Source: an uncultured Gammaproteobacteria bacterium (GTDB lineage Bacteria; Patescibacteriota; Microgenomatia; UBA8517). From it: DNA of 64,000 nt. Position numbers and translations under genes: made by a program. Within the stretch, counting starts at the first letter, position 1. The number at the start of each line of letters is the position of its first letter. The stretch lies in NCBI GenBank assembly GCA_964431555.1, contig CAYSJW010000031.1:336-64335 (forward strand). Reading direction: 5' to 3'. The notes under the pieces were generated by a model. It saw only the letters and a program-made list of their open reading frames with translations, was not told where the DNA came from and searched no databases. Below are positions 55,440-64,000 of this stretch, piece by piece.

Positions 55440-56825
55440 TCACTTTCTACTCTTAACACTTGTCTTATGAAGCCAACCAAAACTTCCATCATAAAGCATG
55501 ATATTATACCAATCTCCCTCTTTTTTAATCACCTCAAAAGTCTCTCCATCCTCTGCCTCATAAATAATTTTTGAAGTGAAAGTTGGTTTTTCATAAACTG
55601 GATATAGACCAGGCGTTCCAGGCTTACTCACCAAAAAGGGAGCATTTTTCTCCTCTAATTGAACTGAAACTCCTTTAACTTCCTTTTGGGGAGTGGGAGT
55701 AATTTGGACTTGAGTAGTAGGTGAGGGTGACAAAGTTGGACTAAGAATCTTTTCTTTCTCTACTACCTCACTTTCTACCACCTTATTTTGTCTAATCAGC
55801 TTCGGTGAAAAACCCAAAACCAAACCTACAAAAGTTATCAAAAAACTAGCCACCAGCAACAAAAGGGTTAACAACTTATTTTTATGAACCAAATCCGATA
55901 TCTTTTTTTCAAAATCAGATTCTCCTTTCTCCTTCCTTCGAAAATAGACAAAAAGCAAAATAGTCAAAATCAATAAACCAACGAAAGCCAGTATCAACCC
56001 TATCCAATTCATCAAACCAAAAGAGACAGGCTGAACCTGAAATATCTCTTCCTTTACCTTAGCTGGTTTTGCATTTACAGTCAAAACCATTTTCTGTCTA
56101 GCAATCTCTTCACCTTTAAAAACAACTGATGCGTCTATTCTATATTGACCTACATCCAAATTTGAATTAAATTCTGCCTTAATTTCCTTTGTTGTAAAAG
56201 GCTCAACTACCTCAAAAGATGAGTCCGATAAACTCTCCAAAGGTTTTTCAAAAAGATCCATAATTTCCAAATCAACTCTATCAGGCTTTGCCGGGGTATT
56301 ACCCAAATTCTCTATTTTTATAAAAAGACTGACAGGATCACCACTTTCTATACTGGGGGCATTTATTGAAAGAACTTTAAGAGAAGACAAGTCCTTATTT
56401 GTCGTTGTCAATTCCACCTGAAGAACTGCACCTTTAATCATCGTTACACCTTCGCTTGCTTTTTTATCAGACAAACCCTTAGCTACTATACTTCCCTTGT
56501 AAGTTTTAAGATCAATGTCTTTAGGAACATCAATTATTACCTTAAACTTAGTGGTATTCTCTCCCTTGGGAAAGGGAAATTCCATTCCAGGTTCAAACTT
56601 AAACCAACTTCCCATTTCACCCAAATCCGGCTCAAGCACAACATTCAGATTCTCGCTAACTTCCTTAGCCGGTCTGGTAACAAAAATTTCAGTTTCATAA
56701 TGACTTCCCGCTTTTAAATTTTTAACATTAATTTCAGCGGGTGTTACCCCAAAACCCGAAGCAATCCTTGGAGAAAAGAAAAAAACCAAAAGCAAAATAA
56801 AAAATAAAGTTAATTTCCTAAACAT
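55440..56825 (-). CDS. Surface protein B2, paralog of B1, with a C-terminal TM helix and an intracellular/extracellular SH3b-like tail.
   Basis: FGVTPAEINVKNLKAGS..., SGDPVSLFIKIENLGNTPAKPDRVDLEIMD, a TM helix, then GETFEVIKKEGDWYNIMLYDGSFGWLHKTSV. Confidence 0.5.
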   Translation of the reverse strand: MFRKLTLFFILLLVFFFSPRIASGFGVTPAEINVKNLKAGSHYETEIFVTRPAKEVSENLNVVLEPDLGEMGSWFKFEPGMEFPFPKGENTTKFKVIIDVPKDIDLKTYKGSIVAKGLSDKKASEGVTMIKGAVLQVELTTTNKDLSSLKVLSINAPSIESGDPVSLFIKIENLGNTPAKPDRVDLEIMDLFEKPLESLSDSSFEVVEPFTTKEIKAEFNSNLDVGQYRIDASVVFKGEEIARQKMVLTVNAKPAKVKEEIFQVQPVSFGLMNWIGLILAFVGLLILTILLFVYFRRKEKGESDFEKKISDLVHKNKLLTLLLLVASFLITFVGLVLGFSPKLIRQNKVVESEVVEKEKILSPTLSPSPTTQVQITPTPQKEVKGVSVQLEEKNAPFLVSKPGTPGLYPVYEKPTFTSKIIYEAEDGETFEVIKKEGDWYNIMLYDGSFGWLHKTSVKSRK

Positions 56826-56877
56826 TTTTAAATAATACTAAAATAATAAACTACAAAACCAGCAACTTTTATTATAT

Positions 56878-58590
56878 TTACCAATAACTTGGCCCACTAT
56901 AAATAGCCGCTAGAGTAGTTGTTCCTGTATAAGTTGCTGGGAACTGATCGTCCGGAATATTGATACCCCAATAAACATAATCCACTTCAGGAGAACTTGA
57001 TATGGTTGTTTTTGGTGTTCTAATCTCTACAGTCTGACCCGTCCCACTAAGAACAATTGAAGCTGAATCCCATTCAGTATTGTAAGTTTCATCGGCTCTC
57101 TGGTTATTGACAGCAATTGTGTGACCTTGACCATCGCTCATTGGAGCAGAACTTGAAACTTGCGTATTCAAGCCGGTATTTCCCGTATTGGTAACCTCGT
57201 TGGAATCTACCAAATAATCATCGTGCATTCCCGCTGACATACTTCCATAAGAAAGATTACCTGAATCCAGAGCCTGAAGCATGTTTAATTCCACCCCTGT
57301 TGCCGTATCATCCACCTCTTCCAAATCATCATCGGCAATTTCAAAATAAGAAAGCCAAGTATCATCGGACCAAGGAGTATTTTCAACTGTCGGATCTGTA
57401 TGATACTGCATAGCTGCAGTACAAGTATAGGTTACATCAACATCCGATCCCCCAGTGCAAGTGGAATTGGAATTACAGACAACTTTATAATCGCCGGAAT
57501 CACCAGTATAACAGTTATTAACATTTCCGCTACAAGATGATCCTCCAGAAACCGATGACCTATACATCACATAACTTGAAGGGTCATCCAAATCATTACA
57601 CCCATTATTGTCTTGAATTGAAACCACGAAACTTATATTTGTCGTTGAAGGATACTCTCCCCCTGTTAAAACAATCGCACTTCCCCCGTTTGTACTTATA
57701 CTTAATATAGTCGGTGCGACATTAGCTACATAATAACCCGATGAAGTGCTAACCGAAGGATCAAAACCGTGCTCATCGACAATGAAAGCATACGCACTAT
57801 AAGGGGATGAGTCATCATCGGTTCCTGCCGGAATTTGATAAGAACAGGTAGGGTTGGATGACTTTCCAATATCGTAACACAATGTTGTCGCCGCACACGA
57901 TCCATTAAATGAGTTTGTCGAACAAACATAAAGGCTTATCGTATCACCTGAATCGGTATCTGGATCACTTGCAACAGTAGTCCAGGTAACGTAATCTCCC
58001 GGATCATTTGGAGAACTTTCTCCTGCGTCATTTTGCACACTTGTTACATTTGGAGCATGATTAACCACTAAAGGTGACGCCTCATTTTGGCCAGTATTCC
58101 CCTGCGAAGTCGCCGAGCAAGTCTGATCTGTTGTATTTGCGTCACAAACTTTGGCATACCAAACCTGATTCTCATTATCTCCCTGCTGGGCTTGATAATT
58201 ACAACTTGCAACCTCACCATCATTTGTGGCTGATGAAACACAAATGGTTTGGCCTGTATCACAAGTTGGAGCACCAGAATTATTCTCATTAAAAACATTG
58301 GTTTTACAAACTATTAAATAGTATTGCTCTCCGTTTGGTTCATCAGCTGTTGCCCTGAAGGTAGTTGAAGAACCAACATTAACAGGGCTGGCAGTATATC
58401 TAGCAGGACTCTCACAAGGATAATTACCACAAACTGCATCAGTATCAAAATCCGGAGGATCGTTACCCACAGTAACGGAAGTCTCAATATTATCTGCTTT
58501 TGTTTGTTTAGAAAAACCCGGGATAAAACCAACTACTAATAAAACTGCCAAAATAAAAATTAAATAAATCCTTATTTTTTTAAATTTCAT
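56878..58590 (-). CDS. Secreted Cys-containing protein, paralog A2, rich in Ser/Thr/Asp.
   Basis: YYLIVCKTN...CNYQAQQGD...WYAKVCD...SPLVVNHAPNV and ISLYVCSTNSFNGSC...CSYQIPAG...YAFIVDEHG. The C-terminus reads VDYVYWGINIPDDQFPATYTGTTTLAAIYSGPSYW. Confidence 0.5.
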   Translation of the reverse strand: MKFKKIRIYLIFILAVLLVVGFIPGFSKQTKADNIETSVTVGNDPPDFDTDAVCGNYPCESPARYTASPVNVGSSTTFRATADEPNGEQYYLIVCKTNVFNENNSGAPTCDTGQTICVSSATNDGEVASCNYQAQQGDNENQVWYAKVCDANTTDQTCSATSQGNTGQNEASPLVVNHAPNVTSVQNDAGESSPNDPGDYVTWTTVASDPDTDSGDTISLYVCSTNSFNGSCAATTLCYDIGKSSNPTCSYQIPAGTDDDSSPYSAYAFIVDEHGFDPSVSTSSGYYVANVAPTILSISTNGGSAIVLTGGEYPSTTNISFVVSIQDNNGCNDLDDPSSYVMYRSSVSGGSSCSGNVNNCYTGDSGDYKVVCNSNSTCTGGSDVDVTYTCTAAMQYHTDPTVENTPWSDDTWLSYFEIADDDLEEVDDTATGVELNMLQALDSGNLSYGSMSAGMHDDYLVDSNEVTNTGNTGLNTQVSSSAPMSDGQGHTIAVNNQRADETYNTEWDSASIVLSGTGQTVEIRTPKTTISSSPEVDYVYWGINIPDDQFPATYTGTTTLAAIYSGPSYW

Positions 58591-58778
58591 AAATCTTCGT
58601 ATAAAAGTATTAAATAATTATTAAATAGTTCATAACCAAATTTCAATAGCAAATTAACCAACATCGTTTCTACTAGATTTTAGAATTTTTAAATACTATA
58701 AATATACTGGTATATTCGGTAAATATTAAGCTAATAGAATAAATTTATTGCACCTATAAAAATTAACCCCAAAGTTTG

Positions 58779-61700
58779 CTAAGGAGAAACTATACTGACA
58801 ATGGTATTACTTCCATAATAATTTCCCCAGGGAGTAGTTTGAGGAATACCTAAAATCCAATAAACATTCTTCGAGGAATTTGAAGGTATAACTTGCGATT
58901 TGGGAATATCTATATCCAAGGGTACAAGATCTTTTGAAAGCAAATTACCCTCACCATAAATAAAACTCGAAGAATCATATTCCTGGTTATCAACATTTAT
59001 CTTATCCCCAAGACAATCCGGATAATCTGTACACATATCATCCCCTGAAATACGCAAATCCAAAGTTCTATTTCCATGATTTTCAACCGGAGTTTGTTTT
59101 AGACCTGACGTCTTAGTGGGAAGAATTTTACCATAAGCAATAGATGATGAAGTACTTATTGTAAGAAGACTATTTACATCAACTACATCGGAAGGGCTGA
59201 TATTTTCCCCTGATTCGCTTTTAACATCTGTTGCCTTAATCCAAGCCAACCAATATTCAGATGAGTAATTCCCCGAATCTGTTGCATCAGAAAAAAAAGC
59301 TAAAGATACCTCACAGGTTGCCGTACAGGAATTTCCCGAACAACCTGAAAGAGTACAAGATGAATCATAATAACAGTTATTTAAATCCTCAACACACTCT
59401 TTCCCAACTCCCGACCTATATACCTTGCCTTCAACAACATCTATATCCGAAAATCCATTCTCGTCAGAAACAGTTGCTGTAAAATTCACTGCTTTGCTAC
59501 TATTTGGTGTCAAATCAATATCTAAACCTGAATTCAAAACTACATTTACCACTTCTGGTGCCGCATTAATGGTCACAACTCCTTCTGAATAATCACTTAC
59601 CTGGGGATTAATACCGTCACTGGTTATACCATATATATAATAAGTTCCAGGGGAAACTCCTGTTGTATCCCAATCACAAGTTTGATTTGAACCTTCAGGC
59701 TGGTCCTGGCAGCTTGAAATCGCAGTTCCGTCAAGACCGCTACCATCTGTGTCATAATAAAAATCGGCATAAACAGTATTATCACCATCACTAAGGTCAT
59801 ACTGGATTGTAAAAACAGATCCTTCAGAAATTACATCGTTAACTCCATCTGGTTCATCAATATTAAGAGAAGGCGGCTGATTTACCAAAGGAGTATATTG
59901 GATAACAATAATTCCCTGTTTCCCTGAAGAACCGGAACCTGCAGAATAACCCTTTCCCGAACCTCCCCCTCCTGCGCCGCCCGCACCATATTGACCAGAT
60001 GTGCCACCCCCGCCTCCGTTGTTATTTCGGCTTCCCCCGCCTCCTCCACCGCCACCACCTCCAGAACCGTGAGTAGAATCCCACTCGCTCCCATTACCTC
60101 CCGCCCCACCCGAAGAACTTGCCGGACCACCGCTTCCTCCGATTCCACCATAAGAACCGTCTCCTCTTCCTCCACTCCCTCCAGCACCTCCCGTATTTCC
60201 TGAAGCGGCAGAACCATTATTACCCGCATTTCCAGATGCATAAAGTCCACCAGCTCCACCGCCACCGCCACCCCCTCCACCGGCATTTGTAGAAGCCGCA
60301 CCTCCACTACCACCATTACCTCCTGAATAACCTGAACCAACCGAAGCTACACCCCCGGACCCCCCATTTGTTCCTGAACCTCCACCACCCCCTGTGGCAC
60401 AAACAGACGAGCTAGCACAACTTGAACCGTTGAAGTAAGTTGACCCCCCTGCGCTTCCTACCGAACCACCACTTCCTACTGCCAACGAAACGGAACTATT
60501 GGGAGTTAAATCCAAATTGGTAATTTTTGAATAGCCTCCACCACCCCCTCCTCCTCCGCCAAGACCTCCTGATGTTGATGAAGCTGTTCCATTTGCTCCT
60601 CCACCACCCCCGCCAACTACTTCAATAGAATTGTCATTATCATTCCAATCATTGGGTACTGTCCAACTCGTTCCCGAAGTTATATAAACAGTCGCATCCG
60701 AAGCTAATTGCCACTGACGAGTATCCCTGAAGGTCTGTTGAGCATCCATCGAAATCATCTCTAAAGGTCCAAGCAAAAAAACAAAGGGGGATAGTTTTGG
60801 AGCCTGATATTCATAAGCAAGTACTTTTTTCTCTTTTGCAGTAACATCCAAAATCCAAGAAATAAACTTTTCATTTTTTTCTTCAGTAATTGTGTAGTTA
60901 CCTTCTTTTATTTGAAAATCTTGCGGAACTTTTTCAATGAGGGTTCCTGAAAAACCAGACTTAGATTCCACTACAATCTTCATCGTATAAGAAGATTTAT
61001 AAGGATTTATACGCGTTGCTCCCACTCTTTCCAGCGAAAAAACAGGATCTTCCTCTACAGTAAACGCACCATTTATCGAAAAACCATTGGCAAGGTTGGT
61101 TAGAAAAAAATGATAGTTGCCAATCTCCTTCAGTTCATAATAAACAAAATAATCAGGTTTATCGGTGACATTATTATTTAGACAATAATCACTTATGGAG
61201 ATAGACCCATCCTCAACATAAAAACTTTTTACCTCCCCATTTGGCTTAACAATCAAAAGTTCCAAGTTGCTATCACAAACCGTGTGTCCATCATCCCCTA
61301 AAGAAGCCATCTGAATATAGGCGGTTTCACCTTTTGCAAAAACTGTTTTATTCAAATTAAGAGCCAGCACTCCATACAAAAAAGTCTGCTCAACAAAATT
61401 ACCCGTTTCATTATCTCTGACAGTAACAACATGTTTACCTGGTTTTATATTGCTAATCGGCACCTGCAATGTCAGATTTTTTAACTCAATATCCTTCTCA
61501 AGTTCCACATTCTTGTCAATGTCTTCAACAATCAGTTTTAAATTCGAGTCTTTTTGTGGTTTGTCAATTTTTTCATTCGACAATCCTAGTATTTTTTGCA
61601 ATACCCCCGATTGAGTTGAACCAACTGTCTCCTCAAAAACAACTTCCTCAATCTTGACTTCAGGCACTTCATCTGCTCTAAAATGAACTTTCGGCATTGA

Positions 61701-63935
61701 AACTTTAATTGTTTTATCTTTGGTATTTAAAATTCTTTCCTCCAACTTAAGATTTCCATAGCGCTCACTAGCCAAAAATTTACCCTTGGGCATCACCAAA
61801 TCTGGTCTAATTTCCCAAACCCTATCAACACCTTTTCCATCAATTACAACCGGGCCCAGATAATAGTTAGTCCAATCGCTTCCCAAATCACTAAATGTGT
61901 ATCTTAGGGTATAAGTTTTGCCTTTTATAAAATCTACATCCCAAATAATCTCTTGAATGCTTTCATTTTCCTTAACCACAAAGTCCTCTTTTAGAGAAAT
62001 TAAATCTTGGTTTTCTGACGACGTAACAAAATTACTATAGGGTTTAATGTAAAAGTTCTTTGGCAAGATATCTTTAACCTTTCCTTTATAATTACGGTTT
62101 GCTTTTATTTTTATCACAACAGGATAATCCTCACCTGGTCCCACCCTAATTGGAGCTCCTCTTGAAACTTCAAAATCTTCATCTACTCCTAAATCGTTAA
62201 CTACAAAGTCAGAAGATAACTCAAACATTTCATCAGCTTTTTCAAAAATAAGACTAACTTTATAATCACCTTTTTCAGTTACAATATACTTTGCTTCATA
62301 GTCTGCCTTGTTTGTTTTTTCTGATCTCTTACATTCATCATTTACTTTAATAGAACCATCAAATGTCGCTAAAATTGTCTTTTTGACCAAGTCCTTATTC
62401 TCTACAATCAAAAGTAAATTTGCGTCACAATATGGCTTACCTTGACTATCCATAACACTCATCGCAAATAATACCTCTTCACCAACTTTATAAGACGATT
62501 TATTGACATTCAAAGCGGCAATCCCCCAGCTAAATTTCTTAGTTACTAATCCTTCATTCTTTGATTCAAAATTCAGAGTGTATTCACCAGGTCTTAAACC
62601 ACTCGAGTCATCTACCCTTATTTCATATTCCCCTATGTCATTTTTTATGACTTTAAAACCGCTTACCTTTGTACCGCTAGAATCAAAAATATTCACTTTG
62701 GGTTCTTCTGGCTCAATCTCATAACTCACCCCCAAGACCTTTGACAGGCTACTTTGTGTTTTCTGAACCAATCCTATTTTCTTTTGAACAGTAAAAAGGG
62801 GCTTTTCTGTAACCAAATAATTCGTTTTACCCCTCACAATTAAATCTTTACTTTCTGATTTATAAACCACTTCTGAAAATTGCTCTTTCCCCTTTTTTAC
62901 ACTTTCTTCAGAAAAGGTAAAACTCTGTTTTAAAAAATAACCCTCCTCTTCTCTAATAAAAGATGGGGCAAAAATTAAAAATAAAATAAGTAAAGAATAA
63001 TAAAATAAGTAACTTGGACTATCTCTGAAGTAACCAATAAGTCTTAACGAAAAATTTTCCAATTCTGTTTTTACAAAAAGTGCTTTTGCAAAATCAACAA
63101 AAAAGTCAATGTTTTGAAGGATTGAAAACTTTAATGATATCAGGCGTTTTTTGAAAGAAGCTATAAAAGCAAAATAGTAATCAAGAATAAGTAAAGATAT
63201 CTTCTTTGAAGAAAATATAAAACTCGCTTTCAAAGCTTTTGGAATTTTACGAGTGAGTGCATAAAGAAGTTTAAGTCTATGCTCAATAAAGGAAAACGAA
63301 AGTGAAACTGTAATAACCGGTACTTTTTCTTGTCTTCTCCTCAAAAGCTTTTTAGCAAACAATATCCTTTTTTCTCTATTACTTAACTGGTACCGATTTA
63401 AAATGTTCCAGATAGTCCAAACGGAAACATTTAAACTTTCTGAAAGTTGACTGATTGAAAAGAAAGGATTATTTGCAACAAGCAATAAGAGTTTTTCTTC
63501 GATCCTCGGGTAGACAGCCAACGGATGGTCTTTACCTCTGACATATTCTTTCTTAAAAATTTCTACTTTGTCACTCTGTTTATTCCTGTACCGTTGGATC
63601 CAAGTATAAAGTGTTTTTCTGGCAATTCCATATCTTTTAGCCACATCTGTAATCCTTTCCCCGTTATTTACTACATGGAGTACCGCTTCTTTTCTCTTAT
63701 AAGCATATAAATTTTTACGCTTGTAGTTGTAAGAATACAAAATACGTTTTTCTTGAGTATTTAAATTATGTTTTTCAAGAATTTTCCAAGTAGTCCAAAC
63801 CGACAAAGGTACATATCTAGTTAATGAATTTATAGATAATTTTGGATGTTTAACAACTATTCTAAGAAGTTTTTCTTCTAATAAAGGATATTTAGCTCTC
63901 GGGTGTTTGTATCCTCTAACATACCTAGGAGTCAA
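58779..63935 (-). CDS. Giant 1718-aa protein. It has three transposase-like HTH domains at the N-terminus, two hydrophobic TM segments, a long extracellular region with a 250-aa poly-Gly/Ser tract, and a C-terminal paralog-A domain.
   Basis: aa 1-200 contain duplicated HPRAKYPLLEEKLLRIV...SVWTTWKILEKH and HPLAVYPRIEEKLLLLV...SVWTIWNILNRY (winged HTH) flanking RITDVAKRYGIARKTLYTWIQRYRN (IS3-OrfA-like HTH). TM helices lie at about 235-330. The Gly tract (...VVGGGGGGANGT...GGGGGGGGGGSRNNNGGGGG...) spans about aa 1090-1345. The C-terminal domain reads CQDQPEGSNQTCDWD...YYIYGITSDGINPQVSDYSEGVVTINAAPEVVNVV and YWILGIPQTTPWGNYYGSNTIV, shared with 52871 and 56878. Confidence 0.55.
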   Translation of the reverse strand: MTPRYVRGYKHPRAKYPLLEEKLLRIVVKHPKLSINSLTRYVPLSVWTTWKILEKHNLNTQEKRILYSYNYKRKNLYAYKRKEAVLHVVNNGERITDVAKRYGIARKTLYTWIQRYRNKQSDKVEIFKKEYVRGKDHPLAVYPRIEEKLLLLVANNPFFSISQLSESLNVSVWTIWNILNRYQLSNREKRILFAKKLLRRRQEKVPVITVSLSFSFIEHRLKLLYALTRKIPKALKASFIFSSKKISLLILDYYFAFIASFKKRLISLKFSILQNIDFFVDFAKALFVKTELENFSLRLIGYFRDSPSYLFYYSLLILFLIFAPSFIREEEGYFLKQSFTFSEESVKKGKEQFSEVVYKSESKDLIVRGKTNYLVTEKPLFTVQKKIGLVQKTQSSLSKVLGVSYEIEPEEPKVNIFDSSGTKVSGFKVIKNDIGEYEIRVDDSSGLRPGEYTLNFESKNEGLVTKKFSWGIAALNVNKSSYKVGEEVLFAMSVMDSQGKPYCDANLLLIVENKDLVKKTILATFDGSIKVNDECKRSEKTNKADYEAKYIVTEKGDYKVSLIFEKADEMFELSSDFVVNDLGVDEDFEVSRGAPIRVGPGEDYPVVIKIKANRNYKGKVKDILPKNFYIKPYSNFVTSSENQDLISLKEDFVVKENESIQEIIWDVDFIKGKTYTLRYTFSDLGSDWTNYYLGPVVIDGKGVDRVWEIRPDLVMPKGKFLASERYGNLKLEERILNTKDKTIKVSMPKVHFRADEVPEVKIEEVVFEETVGSTQSGVLQKILGLSNEKIDKPQKDSNLKLIVEDIDKNVELEKDIELKNLTLQVPISNIKPGKHVVTVRDNETGNFVEQTFLYGVLALNLNKTVFAKGETAYIQMASLGDDGHTVCDSNLELLIVKPNGEVKSFYVEDGSISISDYCLNNNVTDKPDYFVYYELKEIGNYHFFLTNLANGFSINGAFTVEEDPVFSLERVGATRINPYKSSYTMKIVVESKSGFSGTLIEKVPQDFQIKEGNYTITEEKNEKFISWILDVTAKEKKVLAYEYQAPKLSPFVFLLGPLEMISMDAQQTFRDTRQWQLASDATVYITSGTSWTVPNDWNDNDNSIEVVGGGGGGANGTASSTSGGLGGGGGGGGGYSKITNLDLTPNSSVSLAVGSGGSVGSAGGSTYFNGSSCASSSVCATGGGGGSGTNGGSGGVASVGSGYSGGNGGSGGAASTNAGGGGGGGGGAGGLYASGNAGNNGSAASGNTGGAGGSGGRGDGSYGGIGGSGGPASSSGGAGGNGSEWDSTHGSGGGGGGGGGGSRNNNGGGGGTSGQYGAGGAGGGGSGKGYSAGSGSSGKQGIIVIQYTPLVNQPPSLNIDEPDGVNDVISEGSVFTIQYDLSDGDNTVYADFYYDTDGSGLDGTAISSCQDQPEGSNQTCDWDTTGVSPGTYYIYGITSDGINPQVSDYSEGVVTINAAPEVVNVVLNSGLDIDLTPNSSKAVNFTATVSDENGFSDIDVVEGKVYRSGVGKECVEDLNNCYYDSSCTLSGCSGNSCTATCEVSLAFFSDATDSGNYSSEYWLAWIKATDVKSESGENISPSDVVDVNSLLTISTSSSIAYGKILPTKTSGLKQTPVENHGNRTLDLRISGDDMCTDYPDCLGDKINVDNQEYDSSSFIYGEGNLLSKDLVPLDIDIPKSQVIPSNSSKNVYWILGIPQTTPWGNYYGSNTIVSIVSP

Positions 63936-64000
63936 TAACTTTAAACTTTTATCTGAAGATTTCTGAACTATTTTAATTAAGCTGTATAAGGTTTTTCTGG

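Noticed and set aside
59882-60340. A 152-aa minus-strand ORF and a 70-aa plus-strand ORF inside the Gly tract, rich in V/E/A or S/T/R.
   Set aside because: They are alternative-frame readings of the GGN-codon repeat of the giant gene (GGA/GGT read as E/V/R etc.), so they are artefacts of the simple-sequence region.
1-64000. Possible alternative genetic code (UGA recoding), as seen in some small-genome bacterial lineages.
   Set aside because: TGA clearly terminates well-conserved genes and forms canonical ATGA stop/start overlaps (3382-3385 and 33045-33048). Conserved Trp residues in housekeeping proteins are encoded by TGG. The only TGA-at-Trp cases are inside the IS200 pseudogene.
1-64000. 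Searched for CRISPR arrays, tRNA and rRNA genes.
   Set aside because: I saw no regularly spaced direct repeats of 25-40 bp with unique spacers and no rRNA-like conserved blocks. Intergenic regions (680-1370, 5080-5415, 13884-14400, 27598-27871, 28739-28918, 44224-44586 and 58591-58778) lack tRNA hallmarks (GTTCRAnnC T-loop with matching acceptor stems). I cannot exclude a divergent tRNA without a covariance-model scan.

Overview
This is a 64-kb window of an AT-rich, gene-dense bacterial chromosome, about 90% coding. It uses the standard genetic code: TGA is a stop, for example in the ATGA start/stop overlap at 3382-3385. No rRNA, tRNA or CRISPR array was recognised. Housekeeping genes are mixed with accessory content. 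The housekeeping set includes gltX, an archaeal-type aspS, a short rel, recJ, cca, secDF and dtd, plus NUDIX, rhomboid and HhH-GPD glycosylase genes.

The accessory content includes:
- a decayed IS200/IS605 tnpA;
- a 5-kb MacAB-like ABC efflux cassette bounded by 30-bp direct repeats;
- an ArsR-led 8-gene thiol-disulfide operon;
- an alpha-2-macroglobulin-like giant protein translationally coupled to a MEMO1-like protein;
- an orphan sigma-70 region-4 mini-protein;
- two RRM proteins flanking tspO;
- a pilin with an atypical leader;
- a DUF4258 toxin-like pair;
- a kinase/nucleotidyltransferase/small-protein operon.

The last 16 kb (47.9-64 kb) carries cell-envelope genes:
- a secreted protein with a novel tandem Cys-rich repeat (plus strand, 47934-49910);
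- a two-component system (49881-51684);
- a six-gene minus-strand operon of paralogous secreted and anchored proteins (51802-63935). It ends in a 1718-aa protein whose N-terminus carries three transposase-like HTH domains, followed by TM helices and a 250-aa poly-glycine tract.

The taxonomic placement is inferred from gene content only; it resembles a small-genome bacterium of the CPR/Patescibacteria type. The six-gene operon, the giant HTH-TM-surface protein and the Cys-rich repeat protein next to it are my best candidate for an undescribed cell-surface, possibly host-attachment, system.
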